Below are positions 49,923 through 59,969 of a stretch of DNA of 64,000 bases, in pieces (the first letter of the stretch is position 1; every line of letters starts with the position of its first letter). The notes below the pieces were generated by a model that was given only the letters and a program-made list of their open reading frames with translations, searched no databases and had not been told where the DNA came from. Both the position numbers and the translations under genes were made by a program. This DNA comes from Actinomycetota bacterium (lineage in GTDB: Bacteria > Actinomycetota > Actinomycetes > Streptosporangiales > Streptosporangiaceae), in assembly GCA_003168255.1 (NCBI GenBank), contig PMSU01000071.1:4601-68600 (forward strand), in the 5' to 3' direction.

Positions 49923-51775
49923 CTTCGGAGGTTCTGCGGCAGCGGGCGGAGATCGAGCAGTCCATCGAGGGCCTGACCCTCTGCGATCCCTTTAGGGACC
50001 TGGCGGAGCGATCAGGCAGCAGTCCGGCCTACTCCGACCGGCTTGCCAGCGACGGTGCGTGGGAGACGCTGACCTGGGCCCAGGCGCGGCAGCACGCGCT
50101 GGAACTGGCCGCTGGCTTCGCCGAACTCGGCCTGGCGCCCGGCGAGCGGGTAGCGCTGCTGATGCCTAACCGGGTTGAGCATGTGCTCGCTGACCTCGGG
50201 GCCGTGCACGCCGGCGGCGTGCCCGTGACGTTCTACGCCACGATGTCCGCGGATCAGATCGCCTACATGGCGGCCGATTGCGACGCCCGGATCGCCGTTC
50301 TCGACGGGGCAGCCGAACTGGCCCGGCTGGAGTCCGTGCTCGCCCGGCTGCCGGGCCTGAAGAAGATCATTGTCAGGGACTCCAGCGCCTGCCCGGCAGA
50401 TGAGCGCTACCTTGCCTGGCGCGATTTTGCCGCGCTCGGCCAGGACCGGCTGGCGGCGGCGCCCTCGCTGGTGGCCGAGCGGATGGCGCTGATCACACCT
50501 GGTGACCCAGTGACGCTGCTGTACACCTCGGGAACCACCGGCAACCCCAAGGGCGTCGTCATCACGCACCGCAATGTGCTGTACGAACTGGCCATAGCCA
50601 GGCACTCCGGAACCGTTCGCGACCACGTCCGCTGGGTTTCCTACCTGCCGCTTGCGCACATCGCGGAGCGCATGTTCAGCATCTACATGCCTATCAGCTT
50701 CACCGGCCACGTGCATTTCTGCCGTGACCCGGCCGCCAACCTGGTGAGCACGCTCGGCCAGGTGCGGCCCACCGCGTTCTTTGGCGTGCCGCGGATCTGG
50801 GAAAAGGTGCAAGCGGGTATCCGGGCACTGCTGGCGCTACAGGATGACCCGGAGCAGCGGGCGGCCGCCGAGCAGGCCATGGACACCGGCCGACGGTACG
50901 TGGAGAGCTGCCAGTTCGGCCGGAGCGTGCCCGACGACCTGGCCGAGGAATTCAGGCAGGCCGATGAGAGCGTCCTTCAGCCCATCCGCGCACTGATCGG
51001 GCTGGGCGACACGACAGCTGCGTCGAGCGCGGCCGCCCCGCTGCCGCTGGAGGTGGGCCGGTTCTTCGCCAGTCTTGGCATGAAGATCCTCGACGTGTAT
51101 GGCATGACGGAGACGACCGGCGCGTTCACGGCCAACAGGGAAGAGGAATTCAAGCTGGGCACGGTCGGGCGGCCGGTTCCGGGCACGGAGGTCAGGCTCG
51201 CCCCGGACGGAGAGATCCTCACCCGGGGCCCGCTCAACACTCCCGGCTACCTCAACCTGCCCGAGGCCACTGCCGAGCTGATCGACTCAGCGGGCTGGCT
51301 GCACACCGGCGACATCGGCTCGCTGGACTCCGACGGCTTCCTCTCGGTGGTGGACCGCAAGAAGGAACTCATCATCACCGCGGGCGGCGAGAACGTCTCC
51401 CCAGCCGCGATCGAGAACCTGCTCGTGGAGCACCCGCTGATCGGCCAGACGGCTGCCTATGGCGACCGGCGTCCCTATGTGGTCGCTCTGCTCACCCTCG
51501 ACGGCGAGGGGGCAGCAGCCTGGGCCAGGGCACACGGGATCGCGGCGTCCTCAGGGACGGAGCTGGCCGGCCATCCCGACCTGGTTGCCGAGGTCGCCGC
51601 GGCCGTCACCGCGGCGAACGCGAGGCTGGCCCGGGTACAGCAGGTCAAGCGGTGGCGGCTGCTCCCGGTGGAATGGACGCCGGAGAGCGAGGAACTCACG
51701 CCCACCCTGAAGCTCAAGCGCCGGGTGATCTACGCCAAGTACGCCGACGTCATCAGCCAGCTCTACGAGGGTTGA
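49919..51775 (+). CDS. Long-chain acyl-CoA synthetase (AMP-binding)
   Basis: YTSGTTGNPKG, YGMTE, HTGDIG, DRKKELII and ELTPTLKLKR; AAGGAGGT RBS, TTG start overlapping the nrfD stop. Confidence 0.92.
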   Translation: MTSEVLRQRAEIEQSIEGLTLCDPFRDLAERSGSSPAYSDRLASDGAWETLTWAQARQHALELAAGFAELGLAPGERVALLMPNRVEHVLADLGAVHAGGVPVTFYATMSADQIAYMAADCDARIAVLDGAAELARLESVLARLPGLKKIIVRDSSACPADERYLAWRDFAALGQDRLAAAPSLVAERMALITPGDPVTLLYTSGTTGNPKGVVITHRNVLYELAIARHSGTVRDHVRWVSYLPLAHIAERMFSIYMPISFTGHVHFCRDPAANLVSTLGQVRPTAFFGVPRIWEKVQAGIRALLALQDDPEQRAAAEQAMDTGRRYVESCQFGRSVPDDLAEEFRQADESVLQPIRALIGLGDTTAASSAAAPLPLEVGRFFASLGMKILDVYGMTETTGAFTANREEEFKLGTVGRPVPGTEVRLAPDGEILTRGPLNTPGYLNLPEATAELIDSAGWLHTGDIGSLDSDGFLSVVDRKKELIITAGGENVSPAAIENLLVEHPLIGQTAAYGDRRPYVVALLTLDGEGAAAWARAHGIAASSGTELAGHPDLVAEVAAAVTAANARLARVQQVKRWRLLPVEWTPESEELTPTLKLKRRVIYAKYADVISQLYEG

Positions 51776-51800
51776 GCTGCTCGCGCGATCCGCTACCCGC

Positions 51801-53855
51801 CTACCGGCGGTACACCTGGACTTCGCGTACCTGGTAGTCCAGCTTGAACCCGACATGGGTGAGGTAGCGGGAGATGGCATGCGGCACGTTCGTGGGCCAG
51901 ACAATCACCCAGCCGACATTCATCCGCCGGGCATCTAGGGCGGCCGCGGCGTACTCGGCATGGGTCAGATGCCTGCCTGGCTTGTACCAGGCGGTCATCA
52001 GACCGGTATAGAACGGGTGAACTTTGAACCCGCTGATGGTTGAGGCGGGCACCCGGGAGATGAGCCCGTCCGCGAGCGGGTGGCCGTCGGCGGTCGCCAG
52101 GACCTCCGACTGGGGTGCGAACGGCGGTCCGTAGACAGGGGGGCCGCCGCGGATACCGAGCGGGAAGTCGACGACAATCGACGCCGAATGGTCTGCGGCG
52201 ATCGGGCCGTCAAGAGCGGACATCGAGGTAGCCATCGTCCCGATCCGCAGCGCCTGGGGCATCACGTTGCCTGGCGGGTTACCCGACCAGCCCAGCTCCA
52301 GGAGGCTGAGTGCGAGCACCACGACCAGCACCGGCTTGGCGTGATAGCGCAGCCAGTTCACCGTGCTGCCGGCCAGCAGCGCCCCTCCTGCCAGCCCGAG
52401 CTCGGCCAGCCGGTCTGCCTCGCGGAAGTTTGACATGCCGGGCAGCCGGACGAACCAGGTGTACGGCATGAGCAAGGACACCCGCACGCCGTCCCACTCC
52501 TGCGCGAACGGCACGAACAGCCTCGTGCTGATCCACAGGACCGGGCCCAGCGCGAGCAGGGCACCGCCAACCGACAGCAGCGCTAGCAGCCATGCGCTGC
52601 GCCGACGCCAGGAAACGATCAGCCCGGCCACGGCGAGAACGGTCAGCGCGACTCCGAACATGGGCGTGTCCGATGCCTGGAGCTCGCTCTTGTATTGGTG
52701 CGCGGGGTTGATCATCCCGTGCTGGTAGAAGAAGGATGCCGGCCCCGTCAGGCCCAATGACGCAATGTGCGGCGAGGGTGCCACCAAGCCCAGCAGGCCC
52801 GCACCGTAACTAAGGTATGAGACGGCCAGCCTGCCCGGCGGGAAGGCCGCGCCGCCGGCCGCTGCCTGCTGGACCATGGCGATGATCTGCGGACTCGCGA
52901 CCACCAGGGTGACGATCGCAGCGAGCGCTACCGGCCACAGCCTGGCCAGGACGGCCCTGGCCCACGGTGGGCCGTTGCCCCCCGCCTCCCGCTCTGTCCC
53001 ACCCGCACCACTGGCCTCCGCCGTGCGTTTGGCCCGGGCGGGACCCAAGATCAGCCAGGGCAGCAGCGCCAGCACCACCGCGAACGTCGCCAGGATGGCC
53101 GACTCCTGGTCGGTCAGCAGCGCCGCCCCCAAGACCACGCCGAGGATCACGGCCTGGCGCCAGCCCGGCCGTCGGCTCAACCGCACCGCCGCCTCCAGGC
53201 CCAGCGGGATGAACAACGCGCCTAGCGCCAGGTTGAGCTCGTACCAGCTCTGGTCGGCGAGCATGGAGGACAGGCCAAAGAACGCGCCCGCGGCAATCGC
53301 GCCTATCTGGGAGGGTAGCCACAGCCGTGCCACCCGGTACATGGCGTAGCACAGCAGCCCCGGCGTGAGCGCCGACAGCAGGTTGTAGGAGGCGGACGGG
53401 CCGAAGGCGAGGGTGATGGGCGTCATCACCAGGCCAGGCAGCGGCATCAGGGTGTGAAACCCGAGCTGTGTCCCGACCGGGGCGGCTATGTCGCGGGTGA
53501 ACCACGGGTTGGACAGGTGCACGACCTGGTGGGCAACCCAATGGAAACCCCAGACGAAGGAACCTGCATCGCGGGTTCCCGGCAGCTTGTGGGCCCACAG
53601 GTAGCTGGCCCGCGGCCAGGTGAAGAGGATCCCGCCACCGAGGTAGCCGAAAAGGATGACCAGATGGCGGGTGACGGGGGAATGCATCCACCCCGCGGCC
53701 CGCGAGCCGACGTGTGCAGCAGGCGGACCGTCGGCTTTCTCCGCGTCGCCGGCACACTCCCCGTCAGTGACCGCGAGTGAGCTGGCTGAGACGGCCGGGC
53801 CGTTCCCCGTGCCGGGGGGCACATCGCTGTCCCCCGGCGGGCCCGCTTGATCCAT
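51801..53855 (-). CDS. Polytopic membrane protein, possible GT-C glycosyltransferase
   Basis: More than 10 TM segments, a loop Asp after the first TM, NPWFT..APVG, and an extracytoplasmic C-terminal domain. Confidence 0.6.
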   Translation of the reverse strand: MDQAGPPGDSDVPPGTGNGPAVSASSLAVTDGECAGDAEKADGPPAAHVGSRAAGWMHSPVTRHLVILFGYLGGGILFTWPRASYLWAHKLPGTRDAGSFVWGFHWVAHQVVHLSNPWFTRDIAAPVGTQLGFHTLMPLPGLVMTPITLAFGPSASYNLLSALTPGLLCYAMYRVARLWLPSQIGAIAAGAFFGLSSMLADQSWYELNLALGALFIPLGLEAAVRLSRRPGWRQAVILGVVLGAALLTDQESAILATFAVVLALLPWLILGPARAKRTAEASGAGGTEREAGGNGPPWARAVLARLWPVALAAIVTLVVASPQIIAMVQQAAAGGAAFPPGRLAVSYLSYGAGLLGLVAPSPHIASLGLTGPASFFYQHGMINPAHQYKSELQASDTPMFGVALTVLAVAGLIVSWRRRSAWLLALLSVGGALLALGPVLWISTRLFVPFAQEWDGVRVSLLMPYTWFVRLPGMSNFREADRLAELGLAGGALLAGSTVNWLRYHAKPVLVVVLALSLLELGWSGNPPGNVMPQALRIGTMATSMSALDGPIAADHSASIVVDFPLGIRGGPPVYGPPFAPQSEVLATADGHPLADGLISRVPASTISGFKVHPFYTGLMTAWYKPGRHLTHAEYAAAALDARRMNVGWVIVWPTNVPHAISRYLTHVGFKLDYQVREVQVYRR

Positions 53856-54156
53856 CGGTTCACCTCGTCTGGCGCGTTGCTGCAGATTTGCGCGCCTGAC
53901 CCGACGCTGACCCAACGATAGATGGCTGAATCACACGTACAGGGTATGACGGGGCAATCGTGCGCACAGGGCATTGCTATGACAGTAGCCAAAGAGCCTA
54001 CCGCTCTGCCGCCATGGCGAGGGCCCGGCTGGCGTCTCTGGCAGGATGACAGCCGGTACCGAGCGTCAGGGTGCTGCGTGCGAGCCGTGCACTGCATGCC
54101 TGCCGACCGGCTGGTCAGCTGCGACGCCCCCGGTCAGCGGGAAGGAGCGAACGGGT

Positions 54157-55521
54157 ATGGTCGCGCTCGTGGAGACCTGGGACGACCCCCGGCGCCGGGC
54201 CGGAGCTGATGAGGCGAGGCGGCTGGTCCCGCGTACCGACGTGGTGCTCGCCGACCCCCGGCTGGTGACGGCCCAGCAACGGCTCGGGCGGGACCTGGTC
54301 AAGGATGCGGTGTCCCGCGCACAGGAGGCGGCAAGGGCCGGCCGCATCCCGCCGGGCGCGGTGGCAGACGCCGCGGTGGCCGGGCTGCCGGCCCGGTCAA
54401 CCACGCTGATTCCCGTGATCAACGCGACCGGGGTACTGCTGCACACCAACCTCGGCCGCGCGCCGCTGTCGGCCGCTGCCCGTGACGCACTCCAGGCGGC
54501 GGCGGGCTGCACCGACGTGGAGTTTGACCTGTCCGTCGGGGCACGTGGCAGGCGCGGCCGCGGCACCTTGGCCGCGCTGGCCGCCGCGGTGCCCGCGGCA
54601 GAGGCTGTCGCGGTGGTGAACAACAACGCGGCAGCGGTTGTGCTGGCCGCGACCTCGCTCGCTTCGGGTAAGGAGATCGTGGTCAGCCGGGGCGAGCTGA
54701 TCGAGATCGGCGACGGGTTCCGCCTGCCGGACCTGCTGGAATCCACCGGCGCGCGGCTGCGCGAAGTCGGCACCACAAACCGGACGACCGCGGCCGACTA
54801 CCGGGACGCGATCGGCCCGGACACCGCGTTCCTGCTCAAGGTGCACACGTCCAACTACCGCATCGAGGGCTTCACGGCGGAGACGACCATCGCCGAGCTC
54901 GCCGGGCTCGGCGTCCCCGTGGTGGCCGACATCGGGTCCGGGCTGCTCGCCCCGAACGCGGTGCTTCCTGACGAGCCCGACGCCGATTCCGCCTTGCGGG
55001 CAGGCGCGAACCTGGTCACCGCGAGCGGCGACAAGCTCCTCGGCGGCCCGCAGGCCGGCCTGCTGCTCGGCAGCGGTGAGCTGGTGCGCAGGCTTACCCG
55101 GCATCCGCTAGCCCGGGCGCTGCGGGTAGACAAGCTGACCCTGGCCGCCCTCGAGGCAACGCTGGCAGGTCCGCTGGCCCCGGTGGCGGCCGCGCTGACC
55201 GCCGATGCCAATTCCCTTAAGCAGCGTGCCGAACGGATGGCATCCCAGCTGGCCGCTCTTGGCATAGACGCCCGCGCCCAGACCACCCAGGCCGCGGTCG
55301 GCGGCGGCGGAGCGCCAGGTGTGACGCTGCCAAGCGCGGCGATCAGCCTGCCGCCAGAGCTGGCGGCCGTGCTGCGCGCGGGCGAGCCGGTGCGCCGGGG
55401 CGACGCGATCGCCGTTGTCGGCCGGGTCGCCTCCGGCCGCCTGCTGCTTGACCTGCGCGCGGTCCCGGCGCAGGACGACGAGCTGATATCCGCGGCCGTC
55501 ATCGCCGCGGCCTCGGGGTAG
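54157..55521 (+). CDS. selA: L-seryl-tRNA(Sec) selenium transferase
   Basis: INATGVLLHTNLGRAPL, VNNNAAA, SRGELIEIG, EVGTTNRT and SGDKLLGGPQAG motifs. Confidence 0.96.
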   Translation: MVALVETWDDPRRRAGADEARRLVPRTDVVLADPRLVTAQQRLGRDLVKDAVSRAQEAARAGRIPPGAVADAAVAGLPARSTTLIPVINATGVLLHTNLGRAPLSAAARDALQAAAGCTDVEFDLSVGARGRRGRGTLAALAAAVPAAEAVAVVNNNAAAVVLAATSLASGKEIVVSRGELIEIGDGFRLPDLLESTGARLREVGTTNRTTAADYRDAIGPDTAFLLKVHTSNYRIEGFTAETTIAELAGLGVPVVADIGSGLLAPNAVLPDEPDADSALRAGANLVTASGDKLLGGPQAGLLLGSGELVRRLTRHPLARALRVDKLTLAALEATLAGPLAPVAAALTADANSLKQRAERMASQLAALGIDARAQTTQAAVGGGGAPGVTLPSAAISLPPELAAVLRAGEPVRRGDAIAVVGRVASGRLLLDLRAVPAQDDELISAAVIAAASG

Positions 55522-55526
55522 ATCCT

Positions 55527-57560
55527 GTGCAGGTCATCGCCACCGCCGGTCATGTGGATCACGGCAAGTCCGCGCTCGTGCGCGCCCTCACCGGCATGGA
55601 GCCTGATCGCTGGGCGCAGGAACGCCGCCGTGGCCTGACCATCGACCTGGGCTTCGCGTGGCTGACCCAGCCGGACGGGGAACGGCTGGCCTTCGTAGAT
55701 GTTCCCGGGCATGAGCGGTTCGTGCCGAACATGCTGGCTGGCGTCGGGCCGGTGCCGGCCGTGCTCTTCGTGGTCGCCGCGGACGGCGGCTGGATGCCGC
55801 AGTCCGCCGAGCATCTCGCTGCCATCGACGCGCTGGGCATCTCCCGCGGGCTGCTCGCGGTGTCGCGGGCTGACCTGGCCGATCCGGGGCCGGCGATGCG
55901 TGAGGCCAGCGAACAGATAGGCCGGACCAGCCTCGGGCAGGTTCCCGCCGTGGCGGTCAGCGCGCTGACGGGGCAAGGCCTGCCCGAGCTGCGAACGGCA
56001 CTCGCGGAACTTACCGCCGGGCTGCCCGCGCCGGATCCCGGTGCCCCCGTCCGGCTGTGGGTGGACCGGGCGTTCAGCATGACCGGCAGCGGCACTGTCG
56101 TGACCGGGACACTTCCCGCGGGAACGCTGCGGGCAGGGGACGAGCTACTGCTCACCCCGGCGATGCGTCCGGTCAGGATTAGGGCCATCGAGTCGCTCAA
56201 CGAGAAGACCGCACAGGTCACCGGCGTCGCCAGGGTCGCGGTCAACCTCCGCGGCACTGCGGTGGCTCAGCTCGCGCGGGGGATGACGCTCGTGGAGCCG
56301 GGCTGCTGGACGCTGACCAGCATGATCGACGTCCGGCTGGCAGGTCCGGCGGAACGCCGGGACGGCGGGCCTGACCCGCGGCTGCCGCGGCAGGTGACCG
56401 TGCACATCGGGTCGGCTAGGACGCAGGCGCGGGTCCGCCGGTTCGGCGGGCCGTTCGTCCGGCTGAGCCTGCACGAGCCACTCCCGCTGCACGTGGGCGA
56501 CCGGCTGCTGCTGCGCGACCCCGGCGCCCCGCCGATCAACCGGGAACAGATCACCAGGGAACGGGCCCGGCAAGCCGCCGCCGCGCCCGGCCGTGGTCGC
56601 GACGCCGGTCTGCCCCCCGGCAGCCCGGCGCGCGACGCAAGGCCGGCGATCACCGGGGCGATCGTTCTGGACGTCAGCCCGCCGGCCCCGCCGCGCCGGG
56701 GCGCTGCCACGGCGGTGAGCCGAGAACTCGGCGGCTGGCCCGACCCGCCCGGTGCCGGGGATCTGCTGCGCCGGCACGGGCTCATCGAGGCGGTCGCGCT
56801 ACGGGCGATGGGCCTGGCCGTTCCGGCCGAGGATCCGCGGCCCGGCCGGCCCGTGCCGGTCGGCCAGGCTGCCGCGGACCCGCGGCCGGGTGGGTCCGCG
56901 CTGGTCAGGGCGGCCGGGTGGCTCGCGGATCCCGGGCACTGGTCGGAGCTGCGCGAACGGCTCGCGCAAGCCGTCGAGGAGCATGCGGCCGGTGATCCGC
57001 TCGCGGTGGGAATGCCGCTGGAGGCGGCCCGCGCGGCGGCCGGCCTGCCGGACCGCAGGCTCGTCGAGGCGCTGGCGGCGGAGCCCGGCGGCCTGGCATC
57101 TGGCCGGCGGCTGACCGTCGCGGATGGCTACCTCCGCAGTGCAGCCGGATCCGCACAAGGGGGAGCGGGGCACCGTTCGGAAAAATCTTTGGTGAACCCA
57201 GCCCTGCCCGGCAAGATCGCGGACGCGGTGGCGGCGCTGCGAGCCCAACTGTCCGCCAGCCCGTTCCGCGCGCCGGACGCCGGGCGGCTCCGCGAGCTGG
57301 GCCTGGACCGCAAGGCGATCGCGGCAGCCGAGCGGGCCGGCCTGCTGGTGCGGATCAGCCCGGAGATCGTGCTGGCTCCCGGGGCCGACGCCGAGGCGGC
57401 CCGGATCCTCGCCGGGCTGCCGCAGCCGTTCAGCGCGGCGCAGGCCAGGCAGGCGCTGGACACGACGCGTCGGGTGGCGATCCCGCTGCTGGAGTACCTG
57501 GACCGGGCGGCGGTCACCCGGCGGCTGCCCGACGACCGGCGGATGCTGAGGCCGCACTAG
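55527..57560 (+). CDS. selB: Selenocysteine-specific elongation factor
   Basis: TAGHVDHGKS, RGLTIDLGF and DVPGHERF; C-terminal TTRRVAIPLLEYLD winged helix. Confidence 0.94.
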   Translation: MQVIATAGHVDHGKSALVRALTGMEPDRWAQERRRGLTIDLGFAWLTQPDGERLAFVDVPGHERFVPNMLAGVGPVPAVLFVVAADGGWMPQSAEHLAAIDALGISRGLLAVSRADLADPGPAMREASEQIGRTSLGQVPAVAVSALTGQGLPELRTALAELTAGLPAPDPGAPVRLWVDRAFSMTGSGTVVTGTLPAGTLRAGDELLLTPAMRPVRIRAIESLNEKTAQVTGVARVAVNLRGTAVAQLARGMTLVEPGCWTLTSMIDVRLAGPAERRDGGPDPRLPRQVTVHIGSARTQARVRRFGGPFVRLSLHEPLPLHVGDRLLLRDPGAPPINREQITRERARQAAAAPGRGRDAGLPPGSPARDARPAITGAIVLDVSPPAPPRRGAATAVSRELGGWPDPPGAGDLLRRHGLIEAVALRAMGLAVPAEDPRPGRPVPVGQAAADPRPGGSALVRAAGWLADPGHWSELRERLAQAVEEHAAGDPLAVGMPLEAARAAAGLPDRRLVEALAAEPGGLASGRRLTVADGYLRSAAGSAQGGAGHRSEKSLVNPALPGKIADAVAALRAQLSASPFRAPDAGRLRELGLDRKAIAAAERAGLLVRISPEIVLAPGADAEAARILAGLPQPFSAAQARQALDTTRRVAIPLLEYLDRAAVTRRLPDDRRMLRPH

Positions 57561-57570
57561 AGTCGGCCGC

Positions 57571-57663
57571 GGAGGCGTCAGGGTGCCTGGTGGCCCCCCT
57601 GGTCTTCAAAACCATGGGACGGCGCGCCGCGTCGTCGGCGGGTTCGATTCCCGTCCGCCTCCG
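57571..57663 (+). tRNA. selC: tRNA-Sec (anticodon UCA)
   Basis: GGAGGCG/CGCCTCC acceptor stem, discriminator G, anticodon loop CT-TCA-AA (57606-57608), 8-bp variable arm, TTCGATT T-loop; lies directly after selB. Confidence 0.95.
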
Positions 57664-57710
57664 CAGGTATCAGAACGTTGCTCGACCTGGAGGAAGCACG
57701 CCTGCCCGGC

Positions 57711-59909
57711 TCAGGGGACGGAAACGACCGGCGACCCTAGGCATGCGCTGGTCGGTGCGGACGGGCCGGCCGGCAGCGTTCCCTCATCCGGCAGGGTGCC
57801 GGCCAGCGCGTAGTGCGTCAGCCCCGAGGTCACCTGCCCGGTCACCGCGGTGCTGGCGGCCGCCGAGTTCTCGAAGTAGTCCGCGCCTGGCGGCTGCCGG
57901 AGCGGTTCGCCGAGGTAGGTGAACGGCGTCGAGCCCGCGCCCGTTCCGGCCGGGTTGGACCAGCCGCAGGGGTTGGTGAACAGGCCGTTGAGGGCGGCCT
58001 GCCCCACCACGAGCAGCAGGTCTTTGCCGCCGGTCAGGTCCGTCCAGGCACTGCTGAAGGTGCCGGTCAGATCGGCAGTGGGAAGCGCGAGGCGGCGGGC
58101 GATCTTGGCCGCGGTCGCCATGCTGGCCGAGTCGGCGGCATACAGCACGATCGGCTGCGCTGTGGGCAGGCTACCGCTGGCTGCCGCGACGCTGACCAGT
58201 TCGAACGTCTCGGCTAGCTGCTGCCCGCCCGCGGTCGCGGTGACCGGCAGGTCGTACCGGCCCTGCGGCGCCGATGAGCTGGCGGCTACCCGCAGCGTGA
58301 CCGTGACCGGGTGCCCGGCCTTCACCGGTGCCGAGCCGTTGTCCGGGGATACGGTCAGTCCGGTCGGTGCCTGCACCTGCCAGCCAACCGTCGAGCTATG
58401 GCTGCCAGCATTGCCGAGGACCAGCCGCACGGTGGCGTGCGCGCCTGGGGCCACGGTCACGGCGTCCGGGTGGCCGAGCACGTGGGCGGCGGGCGGCTGG
58501 GGAGCAGAGCTCAGGCCCGCCACGGCGCCGTTGATGACGTCGTTGTCGACGTCCACGCTGGCGCCGCCCCAGGTCTCCACGTGGGCGCTATAGTACTGAT
58601 GGAGCCGCTGGTGATCGGCCCAGTCCTTATCCGGCAGGTAGGAGTCGGTCAGCACCGGGTCGCCGGTCCAGTCCGCGATCCAGATGTCATCTGGCGAGGC
58701 GTAACCGGGCTGGCCGTATTTCGATGCCAGGTCGGCGATCCCTGACGCGGCGCTGCTGTACACGCCGCTGACATAGCCCGCCGCATGCAGGCCCTTGGTC
58801 CAGCCGGCCAGGAAATCAAGCACGGCCTGCTTGCAGGTGGTGTTGGCGCTGTCGTACCCCTCCATATCGAAGTAGATCGGCGTGCTCGCTGCGTAGCCGA
58901 ACCCGGCGGCGGCAGCCACGGCGCTCGCCGCTTGCGACTGTCCCTGCGCGGCCGCCTTGGCGGGATTGATCAGGACCGCCCCCGGAATGGTCGAGCATGG
59001 CGCCTGCGGCCCGAGCCAGATCGGGATGAACTGCCAGCCTTCGGCGGCGACCTTGCTCACCCAGGACTTGGTGAAGTTGCCGTAGGTGCAGGCCCAGTTG
59101 TCCCCGCCGAGGTACGTGCCCGCCACCCGGAACGGTGCGTCCAGCCAGTCGGTCATCGTCGCCGCGGACGGGGCTGTGCAGGTGTCGAAGCCCAGCCCGC
59201 TGCCGCGCTCGCCGACCAGGCTCTGTGCGGCAGGGCTGTGCCCGGCCGGCGCCGCCGCGGTATCGCGTTCCGCTGCGGCGCCGCGCGCCGCTCTGCGCGC
59301 CGTCGCGGGCCGCAAGCCTCCCCCCGCGCCCGCACCCCCCGGGTGAGAATCGGCGGCCGAGCTGACATCTCGCAGCCGCGCGCTGGCCAGGATCCCGCGC
59401 ACGAGGGCTTCATTCGTGCCGTAGGTCGCGGTCACCTGCACGCCAGCGGCAGGCAGCGCGATCGACAGCGCGTGGCTGGCAGCATCCTGCGCGGCGGCCG
59501 CCCCCGTCGGCAGGCTCGCCGACCCAGCACCGCGCAGCACCGCCGTGCCCGGCGGCAGGTTGCTCAGCGATCCGAGCGGCTGAACGAGCAGGGCCTCTGT
59601 TTTCCCGAACGCACGCGCCGGACAGCGCTGGTCGGCTCCAGGATTCCCCAGGTAGACCGCGTGCCGGTTGAACAGGACGCACCGGGAAGTGCCGGCCGCC
59701 AGCCGGTAGACCGGCCACGAGGCCGGCACTCGCAGCTGATAGCCGCGATAGCTGACGATCCGGCCGGAGCCCGGGATGGCCCAGGAAGCGGCCGGGTCTC
59801 CGGAAGCGGCCGGGTGCCGCGATGCCGAGGCGAGAGCCGCGCAGGGGAGCGCGAGCAGCAGAGTGCTTGCGGCTGCGCAGACAGCCGCCACCGTCCCGAA
59901 TCGACCCAT
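57711..59909 (-). CDS. Secreted DUF1906 (Rv2525c-like GH25-fold) protein with a C-terminal Ig-like domain
   Basis: Signal peptide; GFDTCTAP, PIWLGPQAPC, IYFDMEGY, GVYSS, WIADW and QRLHQY. Confidence 0.85.
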   Translation of the reverse strand: MGRFGTVAAVCAAASTLLLALPCAALASASRHPAASGDPAASWAIPGSGRIVSYRGYQLRVPASWPVYRLAAGTSRCVLFNRHAVYLGNPGADQRCPARAFGKTEALLVQPLGSLSNLPPGTAVLRGAGSASLPTGAAAAQDAASHALSIALPAAGVQVTATYGTNEALVRGILASARLRDVSSAADSHPGGAGAGGGLRPATARRAARGAAAERDTAAAPAGHSPAAQSLVGERGSGLGFDTCTAPSAATMTDWLDAPFRVAGTYLGGDNWACTYGNFTKSWVSKVAAEGWQFIPIWLGPQAPCSTIPGAVLINPAKAAAQGQSQAASAVAAAAGFGYAASTPIYFDMEGYDSANTTCKQAVLDFLAGWTKGLHAAGYVSGVYSSAASGIADLASKYGQPGYASPDDIWIADWTGDPVLTDSYLPDKDWADHQRLHQYYSAHVETWGGASVDVDNDVINGAVAGLSSAPQPPAAHVLGHPDAVTVAPGAHATVRLVLGNAGSHSSTVGWQVQAPTGLTVSPDNGSAPVKAGHPVTVTLRVAASSSAPQGRYDLPVTATAGGQQLAETFELVSVAAASGSLPTAQPIVLYAADSASMATAAKIARRLALPTADLTGTFSSAWTDLTGGKDLLLVVGQAALNGLFTNPCGWSNPAGTGAGSTPFTYLGEPLRQPPGADYFENSAAASTAVTGQVTSGLTHYALAGTLPDEGTLPAGPSAPTSACLGSPVVSVP

Positions 59910-59969
59910 GATGCGCTCACTTCCCACGGCGAAGCAGACATCATCAAGCTACCCGGGTAATGGTTATCT

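Noticed and set aside
53922..54156. Small ORF or selD remnant upstream of selA
   Set aside because: No SelD motifs and weak codon bias; treated as the divergent promoter region.
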